Below are positions 16,413-27,100 of a stretch of 47,702 nt of DNA, one piece after another; the first letter of the stretch is position 1, and each line of letters opens with the position of its first letter. This DNA is from a virus (lineage: Duplodnaviria; Caudoviricetes): positions 1 through 47,702 of IMG/VR virus record IMGVR_UViG_3300034341_000353, one strand, 5' to 3'. The position numbers and the translations under genes were made by a program. The notes beneath the pieces are model-generated. The model searched no databases. It was given only the letters and a program-made list of their open reading frames with translations, and was not told the origin of the DNA.

Positions 16413-18839
16413 ATGGCTGAGTCAGTTATAAAATCTTATTTTCCGAGTCAAGTAGCAAGCGATGAAGAAAAAATGTCATTAGAATATGGCAAGAAAATCG
16501 GTAATGCTATTGAAAGCGAGTGGTTCTCTTCGGATAACGGTATTGGTAGATTCAGAAGTAATCAAAACACTTTTCATAACTTAAGGTTATATGCAAGGGG
16601 TGAGCAGCCTGTGCAAAAATATAAAGATGAACTATCTATAAATGGAGATTTATCTTATCTTAATTTAGATTGGAAACCTGTACCAGTGGTTCCTAAATTT
16701 GTTGATATTGTTGTTAACGGTATATCAGAAAGATCATTTGATGTTAAAGCTTATTCTCAAGATCCATTTGGGGTTGAGAAAAGAACTAAATATATGGAGT
16801 CTCTAATAAGAGACATGGAAACAAAAGATCTAAATGAGTTTGTAAGAAAAGAATTTGGAGTTGATTTGTTTGAAAACGCTCCTGAAGTTGTGCCTAGAAA
16901 TCAAGAAGAGCTAGAGGTACACATGCAACTTACTTATAAACAGCAGGTTGAAATAGCTGAAGAGCAAGCTATAAATGTATTACTAGAAGGCAATAAATAC
17001 GACTTGACCAAAAGACGATGTAATTACGACCTAACCACCATAGGTATAGGTGCTGTTAAAAATACATTTAGCAAATCAGAAGGGGTAGTTGTGGACTATG
17101 TAGATCCTACTAACTTAGTATGGTCATATACCGATTCACCGTATTTTGACGATATATATTATGTAGGTGAAGTTAAGAGCGTGCATATAAATGAATTAAA
17201 AAAGCAATTTCCTTATTTAACAAACGAAGACCTTGGTCAATTATCTCAGCAATCGTACAAAGCAAACGGCTTTTATGACAGAACTTTGAATAATGACAAT
17301 GGCGATGACGCTAACACTGTGCAGGTATTGTATTTTAATTACAAGACTTATACAAATGAAGTGTACAAAGTAAAGGAGCTGGCAACAGGAGCATCTAAAA
17401 TAATACCTAAAGACGATCAGTTTAATCCACCTGAAAAAATAATGCAGGATCATAAGATTGAAAAGATATCTCAGTCTTTAGAAGTTTTATACGAAGGAGT
17501 TAAAGTTTTAGGCGGTAGAGTCCTTAAATGGGAATTAGCTACCAATATGATAAGACCTAAAAGCGATTATACTAAAGTAAAAATGAATTACAGTATAGTT
17601 GCCCCTAGAATGTACAAAGGACGTATTGAAAGTTTAGTTTCAAGAATAACAGGGTTTGCGGATATGATTCAGCTTACTCACTTGAAATTACAGCAAGTTA
17701 TGTCTAGGATGGTTCCAGATGGAGTTTATTTAGACGCAGATGGTTTAGCTGAGATTGATTTAGGTAATGGTACAAATTACAATCCGCAAGAAGCATTAAA
17801 TATGTTTTTTCAAACTGGATCGGTAATTGGTAGAAGCTTCACTCAAGAAGGCGATATGAATCCAGGTAAAGTTCCTATTCAGGAAATACAATCAGGATCT
17901 GGTGGAGCAAAATTACAAAGCTTAATAACCACATACAATTATTATTTACAAATGATAAGAGATGTGACAGGGCTTAATGAAGCAAGAGACGGTAGCACAC
18001 CAGACGCAAGAGCATTGGTAGGCGTGCAAAAAATGGCAGCCGCTAATTCAAACACCGCAACAAGGCATATATTAAATGGGAGTTTATTTATAACCGCAGA
18101 TTTATGTGAGGGATTATCATTAAGAATATCTGATATTATAGAATACTCGCCCACAAGACAAGCGTTTATACATAAAATAGGAAACCAGAATGTAGCTGTG
18201 CTGCAAGAGATGGCAGACTTATATTTATATGATTTTGGTATATTCATACAGCTTTCGCCTGACGAAGAGGAAAAAGCAATGCTCGAAAACAATATACAAG
18301 TAGCCGTTCAAGCTGGTATGATTGACTTATCAGACGCTATAGATCTTAGAGAAATAAAGAATCTTAAATTAGCTAATCAATTGCTAAAAATAAGAAGAGA
18401 TCAAAAACAAAAGAAAGATCAAAAGATACAACAAGAAAATATTCAAGCACAAGCACAAGCAAATGCTCAAGCTCAACAGGTAGCTGCCCAAGCAGAAGTA
18501 CAAAAAAGCCAGGCGCTTATGCAACAAAAAATAAGCTTAGAGCAAGCTAAAGCCCAAATAGATACTCAGAAATTAATGCAAGAAGCCGCTTTGAAAAAAG
18601 AGCTTATGCAATTAGAGTTTCAAATGAACATGCAGCTCAAAGGCTTAGAAGTATCTGGTAAAAAGTCCGAAATAAAAGAAAAAGAAGATAGAAAAGACGA
18701 TCGAACAAAAATCCAGGCTTCACAACAAAGTGAATTAATAAACCAAAGAAAAAACGATTTACCCCCTAAAAACTTTGAATCCGCAGGAAACGACATACTT
18801 AGTGGAGATTTCGGCTTAGGTAACTTTGATCCTAAGTAA
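16413..18839 (+). CDS. Portal protein
   Basis: Follows terL; 808 aa; PVVPKFVDIVVNG, IRDVTGLNEARDG and a Gln-rich C-terminal barrel. Confidence 0.88.
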   Translation: MAESVIKSYFPSQVASDEEKMSLEYGKKIGNAIESEWFSSDNGIGRFRSNQNTFHNLRLYARGEQPVQKYKDELSINGDLSYLNLDWKPVPVVPKFVDIVVNGISERSFDVKAYSQDPFGVEKRTKYMESLIRDMETKDLNEFVRKEFGVDLFENAPEVVPRNQEELEVHMQLTYKQQVEIAEEQAINVLLEGNKYDLTKRRCNYDLTTIGIGAVKNTFSKSEGVVVDYVDPTNLVWSYTDSPYFDDIYYVGEVKSVHINELKKQFPYLTNEDLGQLSQQSYKANGFYDRTLNNDNGDDANTVQVLYFNYKTYTNEVYKVKELATGASKIIPKDDQFNPPEKIMQDHKIEKISQSLEVLYEGVKVLGGRVLKWELATNMIRPKSDYTKVKMNYSIVAPRMYKGRIESLVSRITGFADMIQLTHLKLQQVMSRMVPDGVYLDADGLAEIDLGNGTNYNPQEALNMFFQTGSVIGRSFTQEGDMNPGKVPIQEIQSGSGGAKLQSLITTYNYYLQMIRDVTGLNEARDGSTPDARALVGVQKMAAANSNTATRHILNGSLFITADLCEGLSLRISDIIEYSPTRQAFIHKIGNQNVAVLQEMADLYLYDFGIFIQLSPDEEEKAMLENNIQVAVQAGMIDLSDAIDLREIKNLKLANQLLKIRRDQKQKKDQKIQQENIQAQAQANAQAQQVAAQAEVQKSQALMQQKISLEQAKAQIDTQKLMQEAALKKELMQLEFQMNMQLKGLEVSGKKSEIKEKEDRKDDRTKIQASQQSELINQRKNDLPPKNFESAGNDILSGDFGLGNFDPK

Positions 18840-18871
18840 TAATAATAGTAATAATTATATAATATTTTATC

Positions 18872-20029
18872 ATGTCAGAAGAACTAGAAAACAAAACTAC
18901 CACTGAAGAAGTGGTGGAGCAGAGTCCCACTGGACCAATGACCGTTGATGACGGTGTAATTAAAGTAAACTTAGCTGAATTAAATAAGCCTACTGAAGAA
19001 CCTCCTGTTGAACAAGAGCCAGCAAGCGAAGAAGCTCAAGCTGAACAGGTTACCCAGGAAGTTGAAGAGGTTGAAGAAGCTAAAGAAACAATTGAGCAGC
19101 CTATTATTCAGGAAATAACCGAAGAAGAGGTTGTGGAGAAAGTTGAAGAACTTGAAGATCAAGTAGAGCAAGCTTTAGTAGAAGCTGATGCAGGTATTGA
19201 ATTACCTGAGAATATACAAAAGGTTGTTGAGTTTATGAATGAAACAGGCGGTAGCTTGTCAGATTATGTTAAGCTTAATACAGATTATACGTCTTTAAGT
19301 GAAACACAGCTTCTTAAAGAATACTACGAAACAACAAAACCTCACTTAAACTCCGAAGAGATAAGTTTCTTAATGGAAGATACGTTCGCGTATGACCAAG
19401 AGCTAGACGAGGAAAGAGAGGTGCGAAAAAAGCAAATTGCTCATAAAGAGGAATTAGCTAAAGCTAAAAATTACTTAGACGGATTAAAGACTAAGTATTA
19501 CGAAGAAATTAAAGCAGGGTCTAGATTGAACCCTGAACAAAAGAAAGCGGTTGAATTCTTTAACCGATATACAAAAGAAAATGAGGAAGCTAGCAAATTA
19601 GCTGAGGCACAGGTGTCTGCATTTAAAACAAAGACTCAAAAATTATTTTCAAAAGATTTCAAAGGTTTTGATTTCACTGTTGGAGATAAAAAATTTAGGT
19701 ACAACGTTAATGATGTAGAATCTGTTAAGAGTAATCAAAGCGACATTAATAATTTTGTCAAGAAGTTCTTGAACGATAAAAATGAAATGTCTGACGCTGG
19801 TGGTTACCATAAGTCTCTATTTACGGCTATGAACGCTGACAAGATTGCTAATCACTTTTATGAGCAAGGTAAAGCCGATGCCATGAAGGATTCCATATCA
19901 AAAGCTAAGAACATCGATATGAACCCTAGAGGGGCTCATCAAGAAGTCGATGCTCCTAACGGATGGAAGGTTAGATCAGTCCCAGGCGGAAAAACTGCTT
20001 CTTCGTTTAAAATTAGAAAACGAAAATAA
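18872..20029 (+). CDS. Capsid scaffolding protein
   Basis: Highly acidic N-terminus, coiled coil, located between portal and capsid genes. Confidence 0.7.
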   Translation: MSEELENKTTTEEVVEQSPTGPMTVDDGVIKVNLAELNKPTEEPPVEQEPASEEAQAEQVTQEVEEVEEAKETIEQPIIQEITEEEVVEKVEELEDQVEQALVEADAGIELPENIQKVVEFMNETGGSLSDYVKLNTDYTSLSETQLLKEYYETTKPHLNSEEISFLMEDTFAYDQELDEEREVRKKQIAHKEELAKAKNYLDGLKTKYYEEIKAGSRLNPEQKKAVEFFNRYTKENEEASKLAEAQVSAFKTKTQKLFSKDFKGFDFTVGDKKFRYNVNDVESVKSNQSDINNFVKKFLNDKNEMSDAGGYHKSLFTAMNADKIANHFYEQGKADAMKDSISKAKNIDMNPRGAHQEVDAPNGWKVRSVPGGKTASSFKIRKRK

Positions 20030-20050
20030 TAACCATTAAAAAATAATAAA

Positions 20051-21490
20051 ATGGCAGGAGGATTTACGGGTAGCGCAGGAGCATTAGCTCACTTAACGCC
20101 ACGCCCAACACAAACTTTGTTTAATGATAATTACTTATCATTAGATGACATGAAATTTACACAACAGTTCTTACCAGAAGTGTATGAAAAAGAAGTGGAG
20201 AGATACGGAAATCGTACTATCTCTGGATTCTTAAGAATGGTAGGAGCAGAAATGCCTATGGCTTCTGATACAGTAGTATGGTCTGAGCAAGGACGTTTGC
20301 ACGTTGCTTACGATGATGTTGAAATTACAGCTACATCTGTAATTATACCAGCAGCAAACGGAGCTTCAAAAAACCTAATCGGAGCAGGAGCTACAATTGT
20401 AGTTGCTAATGAAGGAGGAACTAAAGTTGAAAAAGCTTATGTAAAGTCTGTGGCTACAGCTGGAAACGGTGTAGCAACATTAACAGTAGCAGGTTACAAA
20501 GGAGCTTTAACTCCAGTACCCGCTCTAAAAGGAAAAGTATTTGTATACGGTTCTGAATATGGAAAAGGGTCTGCTAACGCAGGGACTTCTATAGATGCTG
20601 CTTTTGAGCAATTTAACAACAAGCCAATCATCCTTAGAGACAAGTACAATGTAAATGGTTCTGATACCGCTCAAATCGGGTGGGTAGAAGTAACTACTGA
20701 AATTGGAACATCAGGGTACTTATGGTATTTAAAATCAGAGCACGAAGCTCGAATCCGTTTTGAAGACCAATTAGAAATGGCTATGATTGAAGCTGAAAAA
20801 GCAACTGTAACAATCAACACTGACCCAGTTAATGACTTTGGTGGTGGTAATGTTATATCAGGTTCTGATGGACTTTTCTCTGCTATTGAAGCAAGAGGAT
20901 TAGTTTATGAAGGAGCTGATTTCGGAGCGCTAGGCACAGGCGGTGCACCAAACCCTGGATTAGCAGAGTTTGATGTTATATTAAACGAACTAGACAAGCA
21001 AGGGGCTATTGAAGAGAATATGATGTTCTTGGATAGAGGTACTGCTTTAGGTATTGACAATATGTTAGCTCAACAAAATACTTATGGAGTAGGAGGAACA
21101 TCTTATGGTGTATTCGAAAATTCAGAAGATATGGCGTTGAACTTAGGATTCAGCGGATTCCGTAGAGGATCTTATGATTTCTATAAGACTGACTGGAAAT
21201 ACTTAAACGACGCTACAACTCGTGGTTTAGTAGGAGATATCGAAGGTGTTATTGTTCCAGCAGGAACTTCAACAGTTTACGACCAAATGCTAGGGCAGAA
21301 TATTTCAAGACCTTTCTTACACGTACGTTACAGAGCTTCTGAAGCAGACGATAGAAAGATGAAATCTTGGATCACTGGATCTGTAGGTGGAAACTATACA
21401 AGCGACGAAGACGCAATGAACGTTCATTTCTTATCAGAAAGATGTTTATGTGTACAAGCTGCTAACAACTTTGTATTGTTGAAAAAGTAA
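20051..21490 (+). CDS. Major capsid protein
   Basis: 479 aa after scaffold; WSEQGRLH, SDGLFSAIEARG and GFSGFRRGSYDFYK; followed by a strong hairpin. Confidence 0.85.
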   Translation: MAGGFTGSAGALAHLTPRPTQTLFNDNYLSLDDMKFTQQFLPEVYEKEVERYGNRTISGFLRMVGAEMPMASDTVVWSEQGRLHVAYDDVEITATSVIIPAANGASKNLIGAGATIVVANEGGTKVEKAYVKSVATAGNGVATLTVAGYKGALTPVPALKGKVFVYGSEYGKGSANAGTSIDAAFEQFNNKPIILRDKYNVNGSDTAQIGWVEVTTEIGTSGYLWYLKSEHEARIRFEDQLEMAMIEAEKATVTINTDPVNDFGGGNVISGSDGLFSAIEARGLVYEGADFGALGTGGAPNPGLAEFDVILNELDKQGAIEENMMFLDRGTALGIDNMLAQQNTYGVGGTSYGVFENSEDMALNLGFSGFRRGSYDFYKTDWKYLNDATTRGLVGDIEGVIVPAGTSTVYDQMLGQNISRPFLHVRYRASEADDRKMKSWITGSVGGNYTSDEDAMNVHFLSERCLCVQAANNFVLLKK

Positions 21491-21502
21491 TACTACACTA
21501 AT

Positions 21503-21543
21503 GTAATCGTTACCCCTGTTGTATTTACAGGGGTAATTATTAC
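21503..21543 (+). terminator. Hairpin/terminator after the capsid gene
   Basis: TTACCCCTGT (21510-21519) / ACAGGGGTAA (21527-21536), extended by GTAAT/ATTAC. Confidence 0.7.
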
Positions 21544-21572
21544 CTTTATAAACTATTTAATTATATTATATC

Positions 21573-22412
21573 ATGGCTAAAAAAGCTAAAGAAGCAGAAG
21601 CACCTGTTGAGGTTGCACCTCAAGTTATTACAAAGAAAGAAGCAATAAAAAAACAAATTATAGAAGCCCCAAAAGCTCCTGTATTTGAATTTAAAGATAG
21701 AGTTTACGTTTTAGACGGTGATCGACACCCTATAGTTTACTCTATGCAATCTAAGCACTCTCAAAGAAAACCATTACTTTATTTTGACAAGGAGGCTGGT
21801 TATCAAAGAGAATTAAGATATGCTACTAATCAAAAGTCCCCTTTTGCAGATGAGCAACAAGGAAACTCAACACTTGGTAGGATAGTTTTTAGAGACGGCA
21901 CTTTAACTGTTCCTAAAGAAAATGTTATATTGCAAAAATTTCTTTCTATATACCATCCTAATAAAGGCATTAAGTATCATGAGCATGATCCTGTGGCCAT
22001 CTCAGAAAATGAGATAAATTGGATTGAATTAGAGTTAGAAGCCCTCACGGCGGCTAAAGGAATGAGCACGGATGATGCTGAAGCTATATTAAGAGTAGAG
22101 CTAGGCAGCAAGGTTACAACACTTTCTTCAAGCGAGCTTAAAAGAGATCTTATGATCTTCGCTAAAAGAAATCCAGCTTTGTTTATAAATTTAGCTACAG
22201 ATGATAACGTACATTTAAGAAACGTTGGAGCTAAAGCGGTAGAAGCTAAGATAATAACTCTATCCCCTGATCAAAGAACGTTTAGTTATGGGGAAACAAA
22301 TAGAAAATTAATGACTGTTCCTTTTGACGAGCATCCTTATTCAGCACTAGCTGCGTATTTCAAGACAGATGAAGGCATGGAAGTTTACAAAGTTATAGTA
22401 AATAAACTATAG
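21573..22412 (+). CDS. Conserved hypothetical protein of the head module
   Basis: 279-aa ORF after capsid; RELRYATNQKSPF. Confidence 0.7.
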   Translation: MAKKAKEAEAPVEVAPQVITKKEAIKKQIIEAPKAPVFEFKDRVYVLDGDRHPIVYSMQSKHSQRKPLLYFDKEAGYQRELRYATNQKSPFADEQQGNSTLGRIVFRDGTLTVPKENVILQKFLSIYHPNKGIKYHEHDPVAISENEINWIELELEALTAAKGMSTDDAEAILRVELGSKVTTLSSSELKRDLMIFAKRNPALFINLATDDNVHLRNVGAKAVEAKIITLSPDQRTFSYGETNRKLMTVPFDEHPYSALAAYFKTDEGMEVYKVIVNKL

Positions 22413-22422
22413 TAAGTTACTT

Positions 22423-22463
22423 TATGGTAGTTAAGCTGCTTTAAAGGTGGCTTAACTATTATA
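22423..22463 (+). terminator. Long hairpin (terminator or processing site)
   Basis: TATGGTAGTTAAGCTGCT / GGTGGCTTAACTATTATA with G-U pairs. Confidence 0.6.
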
Positions 22464-22480
22464 AATTAAAAAAATATCAC

Positions 22481-23242
22481 ATGGCTGTAAGCATAAACAC
22501 TGTTTATCAAAGAGTATTAGGAATACTCAATAAAGAACAACGAGGGTATGTTACGCCTCAAGAATTTAATTTGTTCGCAAACCAAGCACAAATGGATTTG
22601 TTTGAGCAATACTTTTATGATATTAATCAATTTGGCAGAATACCAGGGAACTCCACTGAATTTTCTGATATGCTTAAATTGCTTAATGAGAAAATAGCCT
22701 TATTTGAAACTAGAGCACCATTAAATTATTTATTTAGCTCTAACGGTACTTTTGAGTTACCTTCAAATTTATATAGACTTGGCACGGTTATATATGCTAA
22801 TTCTACAACTAAAAATATATTAGACCCGAACTTAGGGCCTAATACACCTGTTACAACAACAGAAGATGTAATAGTAGAACGCATAAACCCTAATGAGTTC
22901 CTATACATAAACTCCTCTCCTTTAACAAAACCTAAAAATGTACGTCCTATATATATAGCCGACGATAGAGGCATTAAAGTATACGGCGACCAAGAAATAC
23001 AGTCTAGTGTTGTCGCTACGTATATAAAGCAACCAACCACAGTGGCTTGGGGTTATCAAATAGTTTTTGACGAAGCTCTTTATGATGCAACCACCACTAC
23101 TGATTTTGAGTTGCATCCTTCAGAAGAAACTGAATTAGTTATAAAAATACTAGAAATGTGCGGTATACTTATAAAAGATCTTAATTTATATCAAGTATTT
23201 GATAAAGAGGAACAAGAAACTATTCAACAACAAAAATCTTAA
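22481..23242 (+). CDS. Tail ring / head-tail adaptor protein
   Basis: NKEQRGYVTPQEFNLFA...FELHPSEE; position after the head genes. Confidence 0.6.
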   Translation: MAVSINTVYQRVLGILNKEQRGYVTPQEFNLFANQAQMDLFEQYFYDINQFGRIPGNSTEFSDMLKLLNEKIALFETRAPLNYLFSSNGTFELPSNLYRLGTVIYANSTTKNILDPNLGPNTPVTTTEDVIVERINPNEFLYINSSPLTKPKNVRPIYIADDRGIKVYGDQEIQSSVVATYIKQPTTVAWGYQIVFDEALYDATTTTDFELHPSEETELVIKILEMCGILIKDLNLYQVFDKEEQETIQQQKS

Positions 23243-23245
23243 TAG

Positions 23246-24133
23246 ATGGGCTTAATCACAGAAAACAACGAACAATACTACTTAGGCCCTGACGGACAAT
23301 GGAACAGTTGGGATGAGAATTATGGTAATTACCAGTTTATAACTATAAAAGATATAATAAATAATTTTATGATATCTTACGTTGGTGAAGATAAAATAAT
23401 ACCAAGAGTAAAAAGAACAGATGTCATATTCCATGCAATGCGTGGTATTCAAGAATTTAGCTTTGATATACTGCCTTCGATTAAATCGCAAGAGATTGAA
23501 TTAGGGCCATCCTTAGGTATGATATTGCCTCAAGACTACGTTAACTACGTAAAGCTCACATGGACTGATTCTAGAGGGCTTGAGCACGTTATATACCCAG
23601 CTATTAACACTTCTAATCCTACGCCTATACTACAGGACCACAGATTTCAATATTTGTTCGATGAACAAAATAGAGAGCTACTTACTGCAGAAGAATCAGA
23701 AACTAAAAAAAGATTTGACAACGGATCAAAAGGCAATGATGTAAAAGGCATAAATGCTAGTTACGGCCGCAGGTATGGATTAACTCCTTCAAGCGCGCAA
23801 TCTAATGGTGTTTTTTACATAGATCAGTCTGTTGGAATTATATATTTTGATTCTAGCTTATCTAATAAAATAATCACTTTAAAATACGTTTCTGACGGTC
23901 TTAACTGCAAAGACGAAGACATAACACTACATAAGTTCGCGGAAGAGGCTATGTATAAACATATAGCTCATTCTCTTCTTTCAACAAGAACTAATGTACC
24001 TGAATATATGGTGGCTAGATTCAAAAAAGAAAAAGCAGCTGCAAAAAGAAACGCGAAATTAAGACTATCAAATATAAAAATAGAAGAGATTGCTCAGGTT
24101 ATGCGTAATAAGTCTAAGCAAATAAAACACTAA
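23246..24133 (+). CDS. Tail ring / structural protein
   Basis: LPQDYVNYVK and ITLKYVSDG, similar in pattern to the preceding ring protein. Confidence 0.6.
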   Translation: MGLITENNEQYYLGPDGQWNSWDENYGNYQFITIKDIINNFMISYVGEDKIIPRVKRTDVIFHAMRGIQEFSFDILPSIKSQEIELGPSLGMILPQDYVNYVKLTWTDSRGLEHVIYPAINTSNPTPILQDHRFQYLFDEQNRELLTAEESETKKRFDNGSKGNDVKGINASYGRRYGLTPSSAQSNGVFYIDQSVGIIYFDSSLSNKIITLKYVSDGLNCKDEDITLHKFAEEAMYKHIAHSLLSTRTNVPEYMVARFKKEKAAAKRNAKLRLSNIKIEEIAQVMRNKSKQIKH

Positions 24134-24136
24134 TAT

Positions 24137-27100
24137 ATGCCAGAATTTACTCACCTGTTTAACGCGGGTAAAATGAACAAAGACCTTGACGAAAGACTTG
24201 TTCCTCAGGGGGAATATCGAGATGCTTTAAATCTAGATTTAGCAAACTCAGAGAATGGCAACAGTGGCGCTTTGCAAAACGTAGAGGGCAATACTCAATT
24301 AAGAAAAAATAATAAAAACTTAACTTGGGTTAGTAACTATATAGACCAGCTTATTAACCCTAAATGTATAGGTGTATACAGAAACGATATAAATGAAAAA
24401 ATATATTGGTTTATATCGGCACGTATGGATGTTGGCGCTACAAATGTTGCGGTTAGCGCTATTGCTGAATACAATCAAGTAAATGGTAGTATATCACCTG
24501 TACTAGTAGACACTAAGGGCATATTAAATTTTAATGAAGCGTATCTCATAACCGGTATAAATATAATCGATAAATTTTTATTTTGGACAGATAATCAAAC
24601 TGAACCAAAAAAAATAAATATTGATAAATTTAAAACAGGATCTGTTAATTTTGTTACGCATACTAAAATTCCTATATATAATCAGGACGCTGAGGTGTAT
24701 CAATCTAACATAGTTGGCCAGCCGGATTTTTTAGAAGAAGATGTTACTGTAATTAAAAAATCTCCTCTAAACCCTCCTGTTTTAGATATGGGGGCAAGTA
24801 AGTTTGGTGCAGATATACCTGGAACAGGTGTAGATTACTTAAGAACACAGTACGATGTTAACGAGCAGCAAAACTTTACGTATAGAGCTGACACTACACA
24901 AGATCCTCCTACGCAACCAGTACCGATAGATACTTACGGACAATACCTCGCGAACATAGGGGAGGACCCAAACTATTATAATAATAGCTCCTTAGGCGGT
25001 AACTGGAACGGAGAAATAACTTTTGATATCTTAGCTCCTCCTAGTTATGGAATAGTAAATGGGCAGGCTGTTTGGCAAGACGGGGATGTCCTTTCACTTA
25101 GAGCTTCTTATATAGACGATTTTAATAACCAATATGAATACCAAGCCCGATTTGTAATAGCCACAAATGGCGTGAATGGAGATTCTATAACAGTCAGAAT
25201 ACAGTCTATATCAAGCGACGTCAATAGATTTTTTAACGATGATGGCGACGATTTGCTTATTACATGGGAGATTGTGTTAGAGGAGAAAGCCCCATTATTT
25301 GAGTACTCTTTTCCTAGGTTTGCTTATAGGTGGAAATACATTGACAACGAGTATTCTTGTTTTTCGCCTTTTTCGGAGGTAGCGTTTATACCTAACAAGT
25401 TCGAATATATTTCCTCAGATGGCTATAATATTGGTATGACCAATAATATAAGAAAGCTTATTGTATCTAATTTTTCTTGGGGCAGCGAAGAGGTTGTTGA
25501 GTTAGATGTATTATATAAAGCAGATGATAGCAACGCTGTCTATGTGGTGGACACTATAAAAAGAAATGATTCCACTTTACCATCCGGCGACTTAGTTGAT
25601 TATTTTGAAATTAAAAATGAGCTAATAGGGTCAATTGTTGAGTCTAACCAATTATTAAGGCCTTGGGACAATGTCCCCTTAAAGGCAAAAGCTCAAGAAA
25701 TTATAGGTAATAGAATAGTTTATGGAAACTATCTGCAAAATTATACTGTTGGAACAGTCAGGCTAGATACTCAGGTGTTAGAAAGTCCTCATCCATCAAG
25801 AACGCCTGAATACCTAATACCAGGTACAGAAAATCAATACACGAATAATCAGTTTACAGGAGACGCGGAACCATCACTAAAATCCATAAGAACTTACCAG
25901 GTTGGTGTTGTTTATAAAGATGAATTTGGAAGAGAAACTCCGGTTTTTTCTAGTCAAAACTCGTCAACTTATATAGATATATCAAAATCTTGTAATGTTA
26001 CTCAGCTAACAGCTAAGATATTTACAAGTCCACCCGCGTTTGCTACTCATTATAAGTATTTTGTAAAAGAAACTTCAACTCCTTATTATAATCTAGCTTT
26101 AGATAGATTCTATCCTGCAGAAGATGGTAATATATGGTTATCATTTCCGTCTTCCGAAAGAAATAAATTAGACGAAGAAACTTATTTAATACTAAAAAAA
26201 CAACACGATAATTCGGAACCGGTAGAAGATCTTAATAGATATAAGGTTTTAGCTATAGAGAATGAGGCACCTGAGTTTGTTTCTAATTTTAAAAAGACTT
26301 TATTTTCAGGTACGGTTGAATTGCTTTCTGAAGCAGGCCCTGGTTTTCTTACCGTAAGAGTAGAGGGACCAAGTCTTCAGTCAAATCCAAATTTTGGAAA
26401 CAATCTAAGTTCTTCCAATCAAGTTATATTTGAAAAAGGAGGGTTTGAAACCAATGCTTACGGAATAGAAAAAGCAGGAAGTGCTTATAACTCCGCGGGA
26501 GGTTCGAGTCCTGTTGTTTATTCTATAAAATTAAAAGACCCATTGGCTGGTGATGCAGCTTGGATGGAAAACCTAAATAGTGGTGACACTATGGATATAA
26601 CTTTATTTGTAGAAGAATCAAAAAGTCTTCCTGAATTTGAAGGTAGGTTTTTTGCTAAAATAAACAGAGATTTTGCATTTGACGAAAACATAATTAAAAC
26701 TTTTTCTGCCTTACAAAAAAGATATGTTGTTTTAGATGAAATAAAGCCGTTTATAAGAACAGCTACAGGGGAAACTAACGCTAATAATCATAAGTATTTT
26801 TGGCTAGATACAGGGAATAGACACACTAACAGTTGCCCGCCAAATAGTTGTAGCTCTGACTGGAGTCGATATCAATCTCAAGGGCCAGGCGCTTGGGGTG
26901 GAGTTGGAACTAGCTTAAACACTATAATAAGAGATAATTACAAACCGCCCATGCAATACAATGATTGGTTCGGTTATTCTTTTGTAGGACAAAGAAGCGG
27001 ATATATAGACGACTTTAGCGGCACAGTGCAAGATGGATTTAACCAAATGGGAGGCGCTTATTTTGATGCTGGATCTTATATAAGGTTTGTTAATAATTCA